A DNA stretch of 64,000 nucleotides, taken from contig CAZWEM010000006.1 in the NCBI GenBank assembly GCA_964632315.1, positions 64,593 to 128,592 on the forward strand, written 5' to 3'. A model generated the notes under the pieces. That model ran no database searches. It was not told the origin of the DNA and was given only the letters and a program-made list of their open reading frames with translations. The position numbers and the translations under genes were made by a program. This document shows positions 51,597-62,412 of this stretch, in pieces. Every line of letters starts with the position of its first letter. Within the stretch, counting starts at the first letter, position 1. Source of the stretch: an uncultured archaeon (GTDB taxonomy: Archaea; Asgardarchaeota; Lokiarchaeia; Sigyniarchaeales; SOKP01).

Positions 51597-53033
51597 ATGT
51601 CTAAAACTATAATAAATTGGATAAAAGAAAATAGCGGTAAACTTATCTCGTTAAGTAACGAAATTTGGAAATTTGCCGAGTTAGGTCTGCAAGAACACAA
51701 ATCATCTAAATTATTAACTCAAACTTTATTAGAAGCAGGATTTTCATTAGAAACCCAAGTTGCCGAAATGCCAACAGCATTTTACGCGAGTTATGGTAAC
51801 GGAAAGCCGATTATAGCAATTTTAGGTGAATATGATGCACTTCCAGGATTAAGTCAAGAAGCAATACCAATTAAAAAACCAATTAAAAAAGGAGCTCCTG
51901 GTCATGGATGCGGTCATAATCTCTTAGGTGTTGGATCTCTTGGAGCTGTTTTAGCAATTAAAGAATCAATTGACAACAAAGAAATTTCCGGTACTATTAG
52001 ATATTATGGTTGTCCTGCTGAGGAAATTTATAATGCTAAAGGGAAAATGGTATCTGATGGATTGTTTGATGATGTGGATATCGCATTAACTTGGCATCCT
52101 GGATTTTTGAACATGCTCACAGTAATGAGTGCATTAGCAATGAATTCAGTTGTATTTAGATTTCATGGTAGAACTGCTCATGCTGCTGGGGATCCTCAGA
52201 ATGGAAGAAGTGCCTTAGATGCTGTAGAATTAATGAATGTTGGAGCTAATTACATGAGAGAACATATGATTCAAGAAGCTCGATTACATTACATCATTAC
52301 GAATGGTGGCAGTGCTCCTAATGTTGTTCCCGATGAAGCAGAAGTTCATTATTTTGTAAGGGCTCCTCAGAGACATCAAGTGGATGAACTATATGAGAGA
52401 TTAATCAATATCGCGAAGGGAGCAACCTTAATGACAGAAACTTCCATGGAAATAGATTTTTTGAGTGGCACTTATAATGCTTGGTATAACGATGTTGTGG
52501 GAGAAGTCGTTTTAGAAACAATGAGAGAAGTAGGTGGTCCTCGGTTTAAAAAGGAAGATTTGGCTTTTGCAGAAGAATTAAAAAAAACAATTCCAACAAA
52601 TTCAATGGAAGGATATTTACGCTTGGTTCCACCTGATATGAAAGATTTAGCAGAAGCAGTATTAAGTAAACCTCTTAATAAGATTATCATACCTCCTCTG
52701 GGAAAAGGAAAAACTTTACCAGGATCTACTGATGTATCAGATGTATCTTGGAAAGTACCGTTAGCGGAATTCAATACTGCTTGCGAAATAATCGGTTCTC
52801 CAGGGCACTCATGGCAAAATGCTGCTTGTGCAGGAATGAGTATTGGACATAAGGGAATGATAACAGCTGCTAAAATTTTAGCATTAACTGCATTTAAATT
52901 TTATAACAATCCTCAATTAGTTCAAAAAGCTAAAAAGGAACATGAGGAAAAACATAAAAACAAACCATATACAACACCTTTCCCTGAAGGTCATCATCCA
53001 CCACTTCATCGTATTAAGAATTCAACCTCTTAG
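51597..53033 (+). CDS. M20 amidohydrolase (AbgB-like)
   Basis: EYDALPGL, GHGCGHN, GCPAEE, WHP, GRSALDA, GSTDV.DVSW. Confidence 0.9.
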   Translation: MSKTIINWIKENSGKLISLSNEIWKFAELGLQEHKSSKLLTQTLLEAGFSLETQVAEMPTAFYASYGNGKPIIAILGEYDALPGLSQEAIPIKKPIKKGAPGHGCGHNLLGVGSLGAVLAIKESIDNKEISGTIRYYGCPAEEIYNAKGKMVSDGLFDDVDIALTWHPGFLNMLTVMSALAMNSVVFRFHGRTAHAAGDPQNGRSALDAVELMNVGANYMREHMIQEARLHYIITNGGSAPNVVPDEAEVHYFVRAPQRHQVDELYERLINIAKGATLMTETSMEIDFLSGTYNAWYNDVVGEVVLETMREVGGPRFKKEDLAFAEELKKTIPTNSMEGYLRLVPPDMKDLAEAVLSKPLNKIIIPPLGKGKTLPGSTDVSDVSWKVPLAEFNTACEIIGSPGHSWQNAACAGMSIGHKGMITAAKILALTAFKFYNNPQLVQKAKKEHEEKHKNKPYTTPFPEGHHPPLHRIKNSTS

Positions 53034-53183
53034 GCTCCTAAAAACTTTTAAATTTTTTAGAACGATTAGCAAGTAGGATTTCAAAAAGAATATCAGAATC
53101 CAATTGATCTTCCAAATTTTAAATTGTATGTTTTTTGATTAAATTATTAACATTGCTCAGAAAATTAAGAATTAAAAAAAAAA

Positions 53184-54404
53184 TTATTTAGAAATACTCT
53201 TATACAAATCCAAATACTTTTCTAGGTGTTGAAGTAGAAGGAATTCTCGTTTCACTTTTTCTTTTCCTTCATTTCCCATTTTTTTTGAAATTTTTGGATT
53301 GTTAAGTAAATATAGTATTTTTTCAGCTGACTCTTCAACATTTTTAACTAAATAACCATTTACTCCATCTTCAATTTGGAGTTTAATTCCTCCAACGTCA
53401 CCACCAATAACAGGAGTACCTTTCCATAATGCTTCTGTTACAGTTAATCCAAATCCTTCTTTAATCGATTTTTGAATAATAATTTCAGAAACCCTCTGAA
53501 ATGCATTCACTTCTATGTCTCCGACACCATCAAGATTAGATAAAATATAGATATCTTCATCCTTATTTGCATAATTTTTAACCTTTTTAAGCCATTCTAC
53601 TCCCTCAGGATCGTCATGGGCTAAACTTCCGATCAATGCAAGTCTAACGGGAACCTTTTCCCTAACCTTTTTATACGCATCTATTACTCCTAAAGGATCC
53701 TTCCAAGGGTCAAACCTAGATACTTGAGTGATTATGGGCTTATCTAATGGAATATATTTTTGAACTATTGTCTTTGCTTCTTCATCATCTAGTTCTTTAT
53801 TCTTATCTGAGAAAGGATTAATTGAAGGAGTAATGTAAAATATTGGGGATTTCAATTCTGATTTAGAAAACTGCTCCATTGTAAAGATTCGGGCATCATA
53901 TTGTTGAATATAAGGAAGGACTAATTCCCAAGCTTGGGGATTTGGATTTGAAGTATCTATATGACATCGCCATACCCATTTTCCTTTTTTATCTGCAGCA
54001 TATTTTATAATTGGACATGGCTGTGGATCATGGATGGTCACAAAATCTTCTTCGGGTTGTATCTGATCAAATGAATCTTTAGCCTGATCTAAGAATTGAG
54101 CTATCTCTTGGGGTGAGAAATGTATTTGGTTGTCTCCTTGTAATGCATTATGCATTTTTTTTGAAATCTGAAAGAAACTATCTGGTGCTGTAAATGTTTT
54201 CCATTTAACATTAAGTTCAAGTTCTTCCATCATCGATATCATATTTTGTAAAATTTCAGCTACTCCCCCTCCAAACTTCGTAGCATTAACATGAAGAAAG
54301 GAATTATTTGTAAACTCGTTTGCTTTCTTTTTTAGTATATCTACCGATTTTGTACCTAAAAGCTCTTCATAAGAATCTAAGATGGGTTGTGGTGAATTTT
54401 TCAT
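53184..54404 (-). CDS. treT: Trehalose synthase (GT4, TreT)
   Basis: HVNAT..GGGVAEIL, IHDPQP, WRCHID, QVSRFDPWKDP.GV, EGFGLTVTEALWK. Confidence 0.92.
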   Translation of the reverse strand: MKNSPQPILDSYEELLGTKSVDILKKKANEFTNNSFLHVNATKFGGGVAEILQNMISMMEELELNVKWKTFTAPDSFFQISKKMHNALQGDNQIHFSPQEIAQFLDQAKDSFDQIQPEEDFVTIHDPQPCPIIKYAADKKGKWVWRCHIDTSNPNPQAWELVLPYIQQYDARIFTMEQFSKSELKSPIFYITPSINPFSDKNKELDDEEAKTIVQKYIPLDKPIITQVSRFDPWKDPLGVIDAYKKVREKVPVRLALIGSLAHDDPEGVEWLKKVKNYANKDEDIYILSNLDGVGDIEVNAFQRVSEIIIQKSIKEGFGLTVTEALWKGTPVIGGDVGGIKLQIEDGVNGYLVKNVEESAEKILYLLNNPKISKKMGNEGKEKVKREFLLLQHLEKYLDLYKSISK

Positions 54405-54634
54405 ATTTAAATCACTCTGTTTTCAAATATTATTTCTTAAAACCATTTTTTTCTAGTGGAATTATAATATGAAAATATATTTAAAAGAAGTTGCTATAAA
54501 ATTTAGATTTCTCCTCAATTTAAGATTCATAAGGATTATATTTATAAATATAATTATCAGTTTTCGGTTTGATTTCTTAGTTTTAAGATTTCATTTGATT
54601 TATAAAAAACCAAAAAAAGAATGGAAAATCTATA

Positions 54635-56101
54635 ATGAAAAAAATAAACTTTAAATTAGTTATTTTGCTTTCAGTCATGATTTTTTCTATGAGTGCGATC
54701 TTTTGGGCAAGTGGAGCTGTTGCTAAGACAACACCTAAATCTTCTGCGGGAGTAGATCTCACTATCATTGTGACCGATCAACAAATGGCTGGAGTACAAA
54801 ATGTCACTGATGATTTTTTAGCTTCTCCACTTGGTTCTGGAGTAAATAGCGTTACCGTGGAATCATCCGGTACGAATGCTAATGATCAATTAACGACATT
54901 ATCAACTGCAATGGCAGGTGGAAGTACTGATTATGATGTAATTGGGATTGATGTTGTTTGGACAGCACAATTTGCTTCAAACAATTGGATTATTCCTCTT
55001 GATAGTTACTTATCGAGTGGCGACTTAGATCCAATGAGTAACTTCGTTGGTGGAATGGTTCAAGCTTGCACTTATAATGGACAAGTCTATGCATATCCAT
55101 ATTTCATGAATTTAGGTATTTTATGGTACCGAAAGGATTTAATGGATTTGCATTATGGTGTTGGAAGTTGGAGTGAATCCCAATTTGCTACTTGGGAAGG
55201 TCTAAATGAAACTGCTAATTATATTCTTAATAATGTAACTGGAAAACTTGACAATCCGGACTTAGTAGGCTATGTAGGACAGTTAGATAACTATGAAGGA
55301 GGAGTTGTAAACTTCTTTGAGCTTGCTGGAGATGCTGGTGAAACAAACTTAATTTCCGGTACTAATGTCAATATTTATCCAAATCAAAAGTTACAGGATG
55401 CATTGACCTTTTTTGCAGGGTTAATTCCTCCTCAATATACTGGAGTTCAAGGGACACCTTACATAATTCCACGAGATGGTTTAGTAATGGATGAAGGTTC
55501 TTCTATTGGAGTATGGACACAAAATAACTCTATTTTCATGAGACAATGGACTTTCGCTTATGGAAGTTCACGTGATAATGGAATAGATTTTGGAATTGCA
55601 CCTTTACCACATTTTGCTGGTGCTACGAACTATAAGACCAGCTGTGTTGGTGGAGCAATATTAGCCATACCACGCTTTATAAGTAGTGCACAAAAAGCTG
55701 CTGCTGTTAACCTTACTAAATACTTAGGAATGTCAAAAGCTCAAAAAGCAGAATTAGAAGTTGTATCCAACTTTCCTGCATTGAAATCAGTATATAGTGC
55801 TCCTCCAACTGGTTATGAATGGATTAGTAATTGGAGTACTCAATTGGATCAGACGCTCTCCCGCCCTGTAGAAGCTAAATATCCATTAATCTCATCGGTT
55901 ATTGGAAACGAATTTAGCAACATCATAAGCGGTGGAAAAACTGTTACAGCGGGTATGCAATCAATGCAAACTAATATCGAAGAGATATTAGCTGGCTCAC
56001 CTACATTACCTGCAATTCCAGGATTTGACATTGGCATGGTTCTATTTGCCAGTGCGTCTGCCATGGGAATAATAATCATGATAAGAAAACGCAAGAAGTA
56101 A
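54635..56101 (+). CDS. Sugar (trehalose/maltose-type) ABC transporter substrate-binding protein with Loki-CTERM-like anchor
   Basis: D...DVVW..QFA, LWYRKDL, YEG, FMRQW, GIAPLP, RP; C-terminal IPGF-TM-RKRKK. Confidence 0.88.
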   Translation: MKKINFKLVILLSVMIFSMSAIFWASGAVAKTTPKSSAGVDLTIIVTDQQMAGVQNVTDDFLASPLGSGVNSVTVESSGTNANDQLTTLSTAMAGGSTDYDVIGIDVVWTAQFASNNWIIPLDSYLSSGDLDPMSNFVGGMVQACTYNGQVYAYPYFMNLGILWYRKDLMDLHYGVGSWSESQFATWEGLNETANYILNNVTGKLDNPDLVGYVGQLDNYEGGVVNFFELAGDAGETNLISGTNVNIYPNQKLQDALTFFAGLIPPQYTGVQGTPYIIPRDGLVMDEGSSIGVWTQNNSIFMRQWTFAYGSSRDNGIDFGIAPLPHFAGATNYKTSCVGGAILAIPRFISSAQKAAAVNLTKYLGMSKAQKAELEVVSNFPALKSVYSAPPTGYEWISNWSTQLDQTLSRPVEAKYPLISSVIGNEFSNIISGGKTVTAGMQSMQTNIEEILAGSPTLPAIPGFDIGMVLFASASAMGIIIMIRKRKK

Positions 56102-56105
56102 ATTC

Positions 56106-56116
56106 TTTTTTTTTTT
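56106..56116 (+). terminator. T11 tract after the SBP gene (possible intra-operon archaeal terminator)
   Basis: Poly-T run 5 nt after the stop codon. Confidence 0.4.
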
Positions 56117-56150
56117 ATATTATTATTAAAATTAAAGGTTGAAATTTTAA

Positions 56151-58283
56151 ATGAGTACAACTACGATATTGGAAAAAGTAGAATTTGAAGCACCTACGAA
56201 AACAAGAGAAAAACCAGAATCTAACTGGAGATTCATCTTAGCTTTATTAATTCCCGCTTTTGTTATTTTTGCCATTGCCATTTTAGTTCCAATCATCCTT
56301 GGAGTGTATGTGAGTTTTACAGACAGTTCTGCAGTAAATGGTTATCTTGGGAGACATGTAACAGTCGTTAATTATTATGAACTCTTAACTTATGGTAATT
56401 ATAACACTCGAGACTTTTGGCGTTATACATATCAAACTTTATTCTTTTCAGTCGTTTCTTTAGCCTTGGAATTTGTTCTAGGATTAATTTTTGCTTTAAT
56501 TTTGAACAAGAATTTTAAAGGAAGAGGAATCGCAAGAACTACACTTTTAATTCCATGGGCTATACCAACTGTAGCTTCTGCTACAATATATAGGTTTGAA
56601 ATCTTTAATCCTGCTGAAAGCTTTGGTTTGATAAACAGTTTGCTTCAGTTATTTGGGCTTCGTCCCGTAGCGTTCTTTGGACCAGATGCTCCTGTTCTTT
56701 TTACCTTATTGGGACCAGTTCCATATGGAGACCTTTTAGAGGCTGTTCCGATAACACTTACAATGGTTGTGGCAATAACGATAGATGTTTGGAAAACTAC
56801 TCCCTTTATTACCTTACTTATACTTGCTGCACTCCAGATAGTTCCAGACGATCTTTATAAGGCAGGAGATATTGCTGGAGCAAGTGGTTGGCAAAAGTTT
56901 AGGTATATTTCTTGGCCACTTATAAAGCCAGGGGTTGGAATAGCACTGATTTTTCGAGCAATGCAAGCATTGCGAGTGTATGATGCAATCGTAGTATTTA
57001 GAGACGATTCAGTCCATTCAATGACTTGGCAAGCAGTTCAACTCTGGTTAACTGGATTATATGGTTTAGCATCCGCGATTTCAGTACTGCTGCTCGTCCT
57101 CGTTGTCATATTTGCCTTTTTTATCCTGCTTTTTACTCGAAGAAGGAATAAAAAATCTGAAAAAGAAGGAAAAAATGTTTTTCAGAAACTTGCGTCTCTA
57201 TTTAAGAGATCTGATTCTGAAAACGAAGATAAACCCACTGATAAATTAAAAACCCAAAGCAAGGAGGAAATAACTGATACATCTCAGATAAAAGCAATAA
57301 AAAATATTTCTTTAACAGAAGATGATTCTATAACTGCTAATTTAGAACTCGAAAGCAAAAAAATTACAATATCAAAGTCCAAGGTAAGATGGTATATAGG
57401 TACTCGATACGTAAGAAAAGGTATATTTGTCGTTCTGGTTGTAGCTATGTGCTTATTCTGTGCAGGACCCTTTATTTGGATAGTATTAAGATCCTTTAGA
57501 AATCCATATAACTATGTATTGCAAACTTCATTCGAACTATTTCCAAAATATTTATCATTTGATGCTTACAATCTATTATTCTCTAATACACAGGTTTATG
57601 GGACTTCATTTGCAATACCACTTTTAAATGGGTTTATACTTTCCGGATTAACGGTTATAGTAGTAATTATTGCGGGCGTATTGATTGCATATGCAATTGC
57701 TAAATTCAGATTTCCCCTTAAAAGAGGTCTTTATGGGTTTATCTTTTCAATGAATAGCTTGCCACCATTGATAATTGTGATCCCTTTTTATATACAAATG
57801 ACTTTAGTAGGCACTTTTATTCCTGCTTTGGATTTGCGGAACAATTTACTCGGTTTAGTATTACCTTATGCTGCATTTAATTTACCTTTAGCGGTTTTTA
57901 TATTAGTAGCGTTTTTTGAAGAGATTCCTGAAGATTTATGGAAAGCTGCTAAGGTAGATGGCGCATCTAATTTCCAAGTTCTGAGGAAAGTAATACTCCC
58001 TTTAACAATTCCAGGAATATTTACTACTGCAATTTTAGTATTTATTGCTTCTTGGAATGAACTGTTATTTGCTCAGATATTTTTAATTAGTCCGAGCGTT
58101 CAAACGGTACCTCGAACCATTTTGAGATATGTCCAAAATCCATCAAGCCTAACAGCGAATTGGAATACAGATATAGTATTACTAGCAGCTACTACGATTT
58201 CTACTATTCCTTTAGTCATTTTGGTATTATTATTTCAAAAGAAAATTGTAAGTGGATTAACGAGAGGTGCCGTAAAAGGTTAA
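56151..58283 (+). CDS. Fused MalF+MalG-type sugar ABC permease
   Basis: Two EAA-type loops (DLYKAGDIAGAS; DLWKAAKVDGAS), charged linker, GLTRGAVKG end. Confidence 0.92.
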   Translation: MSTTTILEKVEFEAPTKTREKPESNWRFILALLIPAFVIFAIAILVPIILGVYVSFTDSSAVNGYLGRHVTVVNYYELLTYGNYNTRDFWRYTYQTLFFSVVSLALEFVLGLIFALILNKNFKGRGIARTTLLIPWAIPTVASATIYRFEIFNPAESFGLINSLLQLFGLRPVAFFGPDAPVLFTLLGPVPYGDLLEAVPITLTMVVAITIDVWKTTPFITLLILAALQIVPDDLYKAGDIAGASGWQKFRYISWPLIKPGVGIALIFRAMQALRVYDAIVVFRDDSVHSMTWQAVQLWLTGLYGLASAISVLLLVLVVIFAFFILLFTRRRNKKSEKEGKNVFQKLASLFKRSDSENEDKPTDKLKTQSKEEITDTSQIKAIKNISLTEDDSITANLELESKKITISKSKVRWYIGTRYVRKGIFVVLVVAMCLFCAGPFIWIVLRSFRNPYNYVLQTSFELFPKYLSFDAYNLLFSNTQVYGTSFAIPLLNGFILSGLTVIVVIIAGVLIAYAIAKFRFPLKRGLYGFIFSMNSLPPLIIVIPFYIQMTLVGTFIPALDLRNNLLGLVLPYAAFNLPLAVFILVAFFEEIPEDLWKAAKVDGASNFQVLRKVILPLTIPGIFTTAILVFIASWNELLFAQIFLISPSVQTVPRTILRYVQNPSSLTANWNTDIVLLAATTISTIPLVILVLLFQKKIVSGLTRGAVKG

Positions 58284-58299
58284 AAAAGAGGTGTAATGA

Positions 58300-59403
58300 A
58301 TGGTTAAAATACGACTTGTCGATGTAGTGAAGAATTTTGGATCTGTAGAAGTTTTGAAGAAAATCAATCTTGAGATAGACGATAAAGAATTTATTGTCTT
58401 AGTTGGACCTTCTGGTTGTGGTAAATCAACATGCTTAAATATAATCGCTGGGTTAGAATACGTTACTAGTGGTCATATCTATTTTGATGATGTAGACGTA
58501 ACTTATATCCCTCCGAAAGAAAGAAAAATTGCCATGGTTTTCCAGAGTTATGCGTTATATCCTCATATGAATGTTCGTGAAAATATGGCATTCTCTCTCA
58601 AACTTGCAAAAATGGATAAAGATGAAATAAAAAGGAGGGTAGAAAGCGCTGCTGAACTACTTGGAATACCACATTTGTTAAATAGAAAGCCAGGCGAAAT
58701 TAGTGGAGGTCAGCGCCAAAGAGTTGCTTTAGGAAGATCTATCGTCCGTAATCCAACAGCTTTCTTATTCGATGAGCCCTTAAGCAACTTAGATGCTAAA
58801 CTGCGAATTCAAATGAGAGGAGAGATTATTAAATTGCAGCGACAACTGAAAATCACTCAAGTTTATGTGACTCATGATCAAGTAGAAGCAATGTCTATGG
58901 CGGATCGAATTGCTATTCTGCACGAAGGTAATTTCCAGCAAATAGGACCGCCAAGTGAAGTATATAATTTTCCTGCGAATAAATTCGTTGCAGGTTTTAT
59001 AGGATCTCCTGCTATGAATTTTTTTGATGCAAACATGGATGGATCTGAAAAAAAAGAGATAGTCTTTGGAGAACAAAGATATCCAATATCAGAAGAGATT
59101 TCTTCTAAAATCCTAAAATCTGGTTCAGAAGAATTAATCTTAGGTATTCGTCCGGAGCATATTGAAATCACTCCCGAATCGCGTGAAAATACATTTGAAG
59201 TAAATTTAACTGTTGTAGAATTTCTCGGTCCAGATACCATGGTAACTTTTGAGTTTCCTGATAAAATTCAAGGTATGGCCGCAGTCCCAGGGTTTTATGA
59301 TGCAAAAATAGATGATAAGGCATATGTATCTTTTCCAATCGAGAAAATTCATGTGTTTGACAGAAAAACCGAAGTAAATCTCATTCATAAAAAAGACGTA
59401 TAA
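58300..59403 (+). CDS. Sugar ABC transporter ATPase (MalK/MsmX type)
   Basis: GPSGCGKST, VFQSYALYPHM, ISGGQRQRVA, DEPLSNLDAKLR, GIRPEH. Confidence 0.96.
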   Translation: MVKIRLVDVVKNFGSVEVLKKINLEIDDKEFIVLVGPSGCGKSTCLNIIAGLEYVTSGHIYFDDVDVTYIPPKERKIAMVFQSYALYPHMNVRENMAFSLKLAKMDKDEIKRRVESAAELLGIPHLLNRKPGEISGGQRQRVALGRSIVRNPTAFLFDEPLSNLDAKLRIQMRGEIIKLQRQLKITQVYVTHDQVEAMSMADRIAILHEGNFQQIGPPSEVYNFPANKFVAGFIGSPAMNFFDANMDGSEKKEIVFGEQRYPISEEISSKILKSGSEELILGIRPEHIEITPESRENTFEVNLTVVEFLGPDTMVTFEFPDKIQGMAAVPGFYDAKIDDKAYVSFPIEKIHVFDRKTEVNLIHKKDV

Positions 59404-59424
59404 AAGGCAAGTAGGCTAGAGTAA

Positions 59425-59892
59425 ATGGGAACAATAGCAAACTTATATAATAAGGCAAAACAAGAGAACATTCTTGCTGGAATCATTATTTCAGATTTAA
59501 TCGCTTTTATCTCATATGTTATTTTTCCTGCGGGAATTATTTTTTATGGCGATTTCCAAATGATAATAGGTGTTATCATTGGAACTCGCTTCGCATTAAA
59601 AAACTTAAAAACATTCCAAAGCCCTTTAAAATACGGAATCCTTGCTGCATTGGGAGGAACTATATTATCAGCAATATCGATGAGTATCTACGATTGGACA
59701 ATTTTTTCACTTGGAACTGGCATTGAAAATAGTCTTTTATATATTATTCTTTTTTATCTTTTAGAAGCTTTAATAATTGGTTTATTTATTGGATTAGTTC
59801 AAGGATTATATTATCGGTCTAAATATCCACAGAAGGAAAATAAAAATAATGAAACTCTTAACGAATTATATGAAAGCTTAAAGTCAAATTAA
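59425..59892 (+). CDS. Four-TM membrane protein
   Basis: Hydrophobic; probable paralog of 59929-60354. Confidence 0.7.
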   Translation: MGTIANLYNKAKQENILAGIIISDLIAFISYVIFPAGIIFYGDFQMIIGVIIGTRFALKNLKTFQSPLKYGILAALGGTILSAISMSIYDWTIFSLGTGIENSLLYIILFYLLEALIIGLFIGLVQGLYYRSKYPQKENKNNETLNELYESLKSN

Positions 59893-59928
59893 TTACTTTT
59901 TTTTTATATTGAAATATTTTAAATTGAG

Positions 59929-60354
59929 GTGATGATCTTTTCGATTTTAACTAAATTTTATGAATTAATAAAAAAGAATAATATTGTTTCTGGACTCATT
60001 ATTTTTGAAGTTATAAGCACAATCTTGCTCTTCATATTTCCTTATTATTTATTTTTTTATTATGGTGAAATTGGAGTAATTATAGGGATAATATTTGGCA
60101 TGTATTTTGCATTTCATAATCGTAAAAAAAGCCAAAGATCTCTTAAAATAAATTTGTACTTTATAATTTTTGGTACTCTTATAATTTCCTTTTCCTTCTC
60201 GTTAATTGAATGGAGTATTACTATTCCCGTCTATGGGTTCGATCCAATAGTTTTCCTCAGTCTTTTTATAAGTAACTTGATTATGGTTTTTTTCTATACG
60301 TTACTGATAGGATTATTTATGGCTTATTTTTATTCTAGAAAAGAGGAATATTAA
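59929..60354 (+). CDS. Four-TM membrane protein
   Basis: Shares NI..G.II, FP, YG(D/E), IIG.I.G..FA, LK, W, IGL with the upstream gene. Confidence 0.7.
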   Translation: MMIFSILTKFYELIKKNNIVSGLIIFEVISTILLFIFPYYLFFYYGEIGVIIGIIFGMYFAFHNRKKSQRSLKINLYFIIFGTLIISFSFSLIEWSITIPVYGFDPIVFLSLFISNLIMVFFYTLLIGLFMAYFYSRKEEY

Positions 60355-60431
60355 CAAGAATGAATATTCAATAATTTATGAAATTTTTAAATTTTTTAAA
60401 TAATATTAAAAATAAAAAGAAATGAGATTGC

Positions 60432-61379
60432 TTACATTAATCCCAAAACTTCACTTGCTACGCCTTGAATTGCTTCCTTTTGGGGAATTCCTTTTAATAA
60501 TTCAGATTTTACTCTCTCAGCTAATTGTTCGGGAGTAAAGGGTTTACCATCGTTATCTATTCGATTTACAGAATGCCATCCTCGATATATCCATACCTTA
60601 TCTCCAGCTGCCCTAAAAACTTCACCATTTACTCTTCTTGCCTTATCAGAAGCCAAATAAACAATCAGAGGAGCAAAATGAGCAGGATCAAAGACATCAA
60701 ATCCAGAGCTATCTTTCTTTTTCATAATTCCTGCAGTTTGCGGTGTAGCATCAACAGTTAATCTAGTTCTAGCCATTGGAACTACACAGTTGACTGTGGC
60801 ATACTTTTTTAATTCTTCAGAAACTATTAATGTAAACGCTGCAATTCCGGCTTTTGCAGCACCATAATTGGATTGTCCTACATTTCCTAAGAGTCCGGCA
60901 TCAGAAGCAGTATTAATAACTCTACCAAAATTTTTTAACTTGGGATCTTCCTTTCCTCTTTTTCTAAAATATTCGGCAGCATGTCGTGTGACGTTAAAAG
61001 TACCTTTTAAATGCACCGCTATAACGGCATCGAATTCTGCTTCTGACATGTTGAAGATCATTCGATCTCTTAAAATTCCAGCATTATTTACCACAATATC
61101 CAAATGCCCAAATTCAGAGATAGCTTGTTCTATCATTCCTTTGGCTTTATTGAAATCTGTGACAGAATCATAGTTTCCGACAGCCTTAACACCAAATTCC
61201 ATGCATTCTTTAGCAACTTCATCAGCTACTTTATTTTCGGCACCGGTACCATCAAAATTAGCACCCAAGTCATTAATGACTAAGTTACATCCTGCTTTTG
61301 CCATAGCTAATGCCTCTTCACGGCCAAGACCTCTTCCAGCGCCAGTTATTAGGGCAACCTTCCCATCTAACATTCCCAT
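60432..61379 (-). CDS. Short-chain dehydrogenase (3-hydroxyacyl-CoA dehydrogenase-like SDR)
   Basis: TGAGRGLG, VINDLG, NNAGILRD, GN.GQ.NYGAAK. Confidence 0.93.
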   Translation of the reverse strand: MGMLDGKVALITGAGRGLGREEALAMAKAGCNLVINDLGANFDGTGAENKVADEVAKECMEFGVKAVGNYDSVTDFNKAKGMIEQAISEFGHLDIVVNNAGILRDRMIFNMSEAEFDAVIAVHLKGTFNVTRHAAEYFRKRGKEDPKLKNFGRVINTASDAGLLGNVGQSNYGAAKAGIAAFTLIVSEELKKYATVNCVVPMARTRLTVDATPQTAGIMKKKDSSGFDVFDPAHFAPLIVYLASDKARRVNGEVFRAAGDKVWIYRGWHSVNRIDNDGKPFTPEQLAERVKSELLKGIPQKEAIQGVASEVLGLM

Positions 61380-61511
61380 TTTAACTCATCTCTTAAATAA
61401 TTCGATTAACGCTTTTATAATTTGTATGAATAGTTATAATTAATATTCAAATTTGAATCTTAAATAATTTTAAAAATGGAACTTTTGTAAAATTATCATA
61501 TCAATTATGAT

Positions 61512-62021
61512 TTGAGAAATATGGAACTCATTACTCATAATCTTGTTGCGGTTATTATCCAAATTTTGTGCTTTAGATACTTCATATTTCCTTTAAGCAT
61601 TATTCTTACTATTATTTTTGCTTATATTTCTCATCTCGTTGTTGATGCATTAGCAAAAATTACATATCATACTGCGGATGCCCATACAGATGATAAATTT
61701 TGGGTTGTATGGCACATAGTAATCTATTCCATTTCTTTGGTCTCACTTATCGTATTTATTGTACCATTTTGGCTAGCTATACTATTTGCAAATTTGATAG
61801 ACATCACTGATTGGTTCATTCTTAGACCTATTAGAAATTGGAGAACAGAAACACAGGCAGATTCAAGTAAACGAGATCTATGGTACGCTCATAAACAAGC
61901 AGATTGGATCAGAGATAAGTTCTTTTTTTGGCTTCCTAATTGGAATCATAAATATGTAGGAGTTTCAATTGAGATTATCATTATAATCTCCTTGTCATTG
62001 ATTATCTTTTTCATAATTTAA
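61512..62021 (+). CDS. Membrane protein with His motifs (possible metal-dependent hydrolase)
   Basis: TH, SH..VDA, YH, D..DW; hydrophobic helices. Confidence 0.6.
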   Translation: MRNMELITHNLVAVIIQILCFRYFIFPLSIILTIIFAYISHLVVDALAKITYHTADAHTDDKFWVVWHIVIYSISLVSLIVFIVPFWLAILFANLIDITDWFILRPIRNWRTETQADSSKRDLWYAHKQADWIRDKFFFWLPNWNHKYVGVSIEIIIIISLSLIIFFII

Positions 62022-62412
62022 AAGGGATAGTGTTATAATTCGAAAAATAATACAAATGAGCTTTGCAGTTACAGTCAGATGACCCAAAATTTTCAATAAA
62101 TCCATCAGAATGTTCACTTAATTCATGGGATATCATGCATTCAATCTTTTTAGTCGATGGAACTAAGAGTATTTGGATTATATTTGCTAACTCACTCTCA
62201 AGGAGATAATCAATATGCCAATGTCTTTTTTTTTTACTTGGAGGAAGGGTATGCCTTTTTACTCGATTTATTAAAGTAGTTGAGCCGATCTTACCCATAG
62301 CTGAACCAACGTATAAATAATAACCTTCTTTAAAAATCTTTGATCCCAAAGCACCTATCTTTAAATTAACCTCCTCTCGTAAAAAAATTACTAAAATGTA
62401 TGAGCCAGACAT
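62011..62412 (-). CDS. GIY-YIG/Uri-family (DUF123) endonuclease-like protein
   Basis: GSYIL, GYYLYVGSA, RV.RH, HWHIDYLL, EC, FGSSDC.C.AHL. Confidence 0.88.
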   Translation of the reverse strand: MSGSYILVIFLREEVNLKIGALGSKIFKEGYYLYVGSAMGKIGSTTLINRVKRHTLPPSKKKRHWHIDYLLESELANIIQILLVPSTKKIECMISHELSEHSDGFIENFGSSDCNCKAHLYYFSNYNTIPFKL

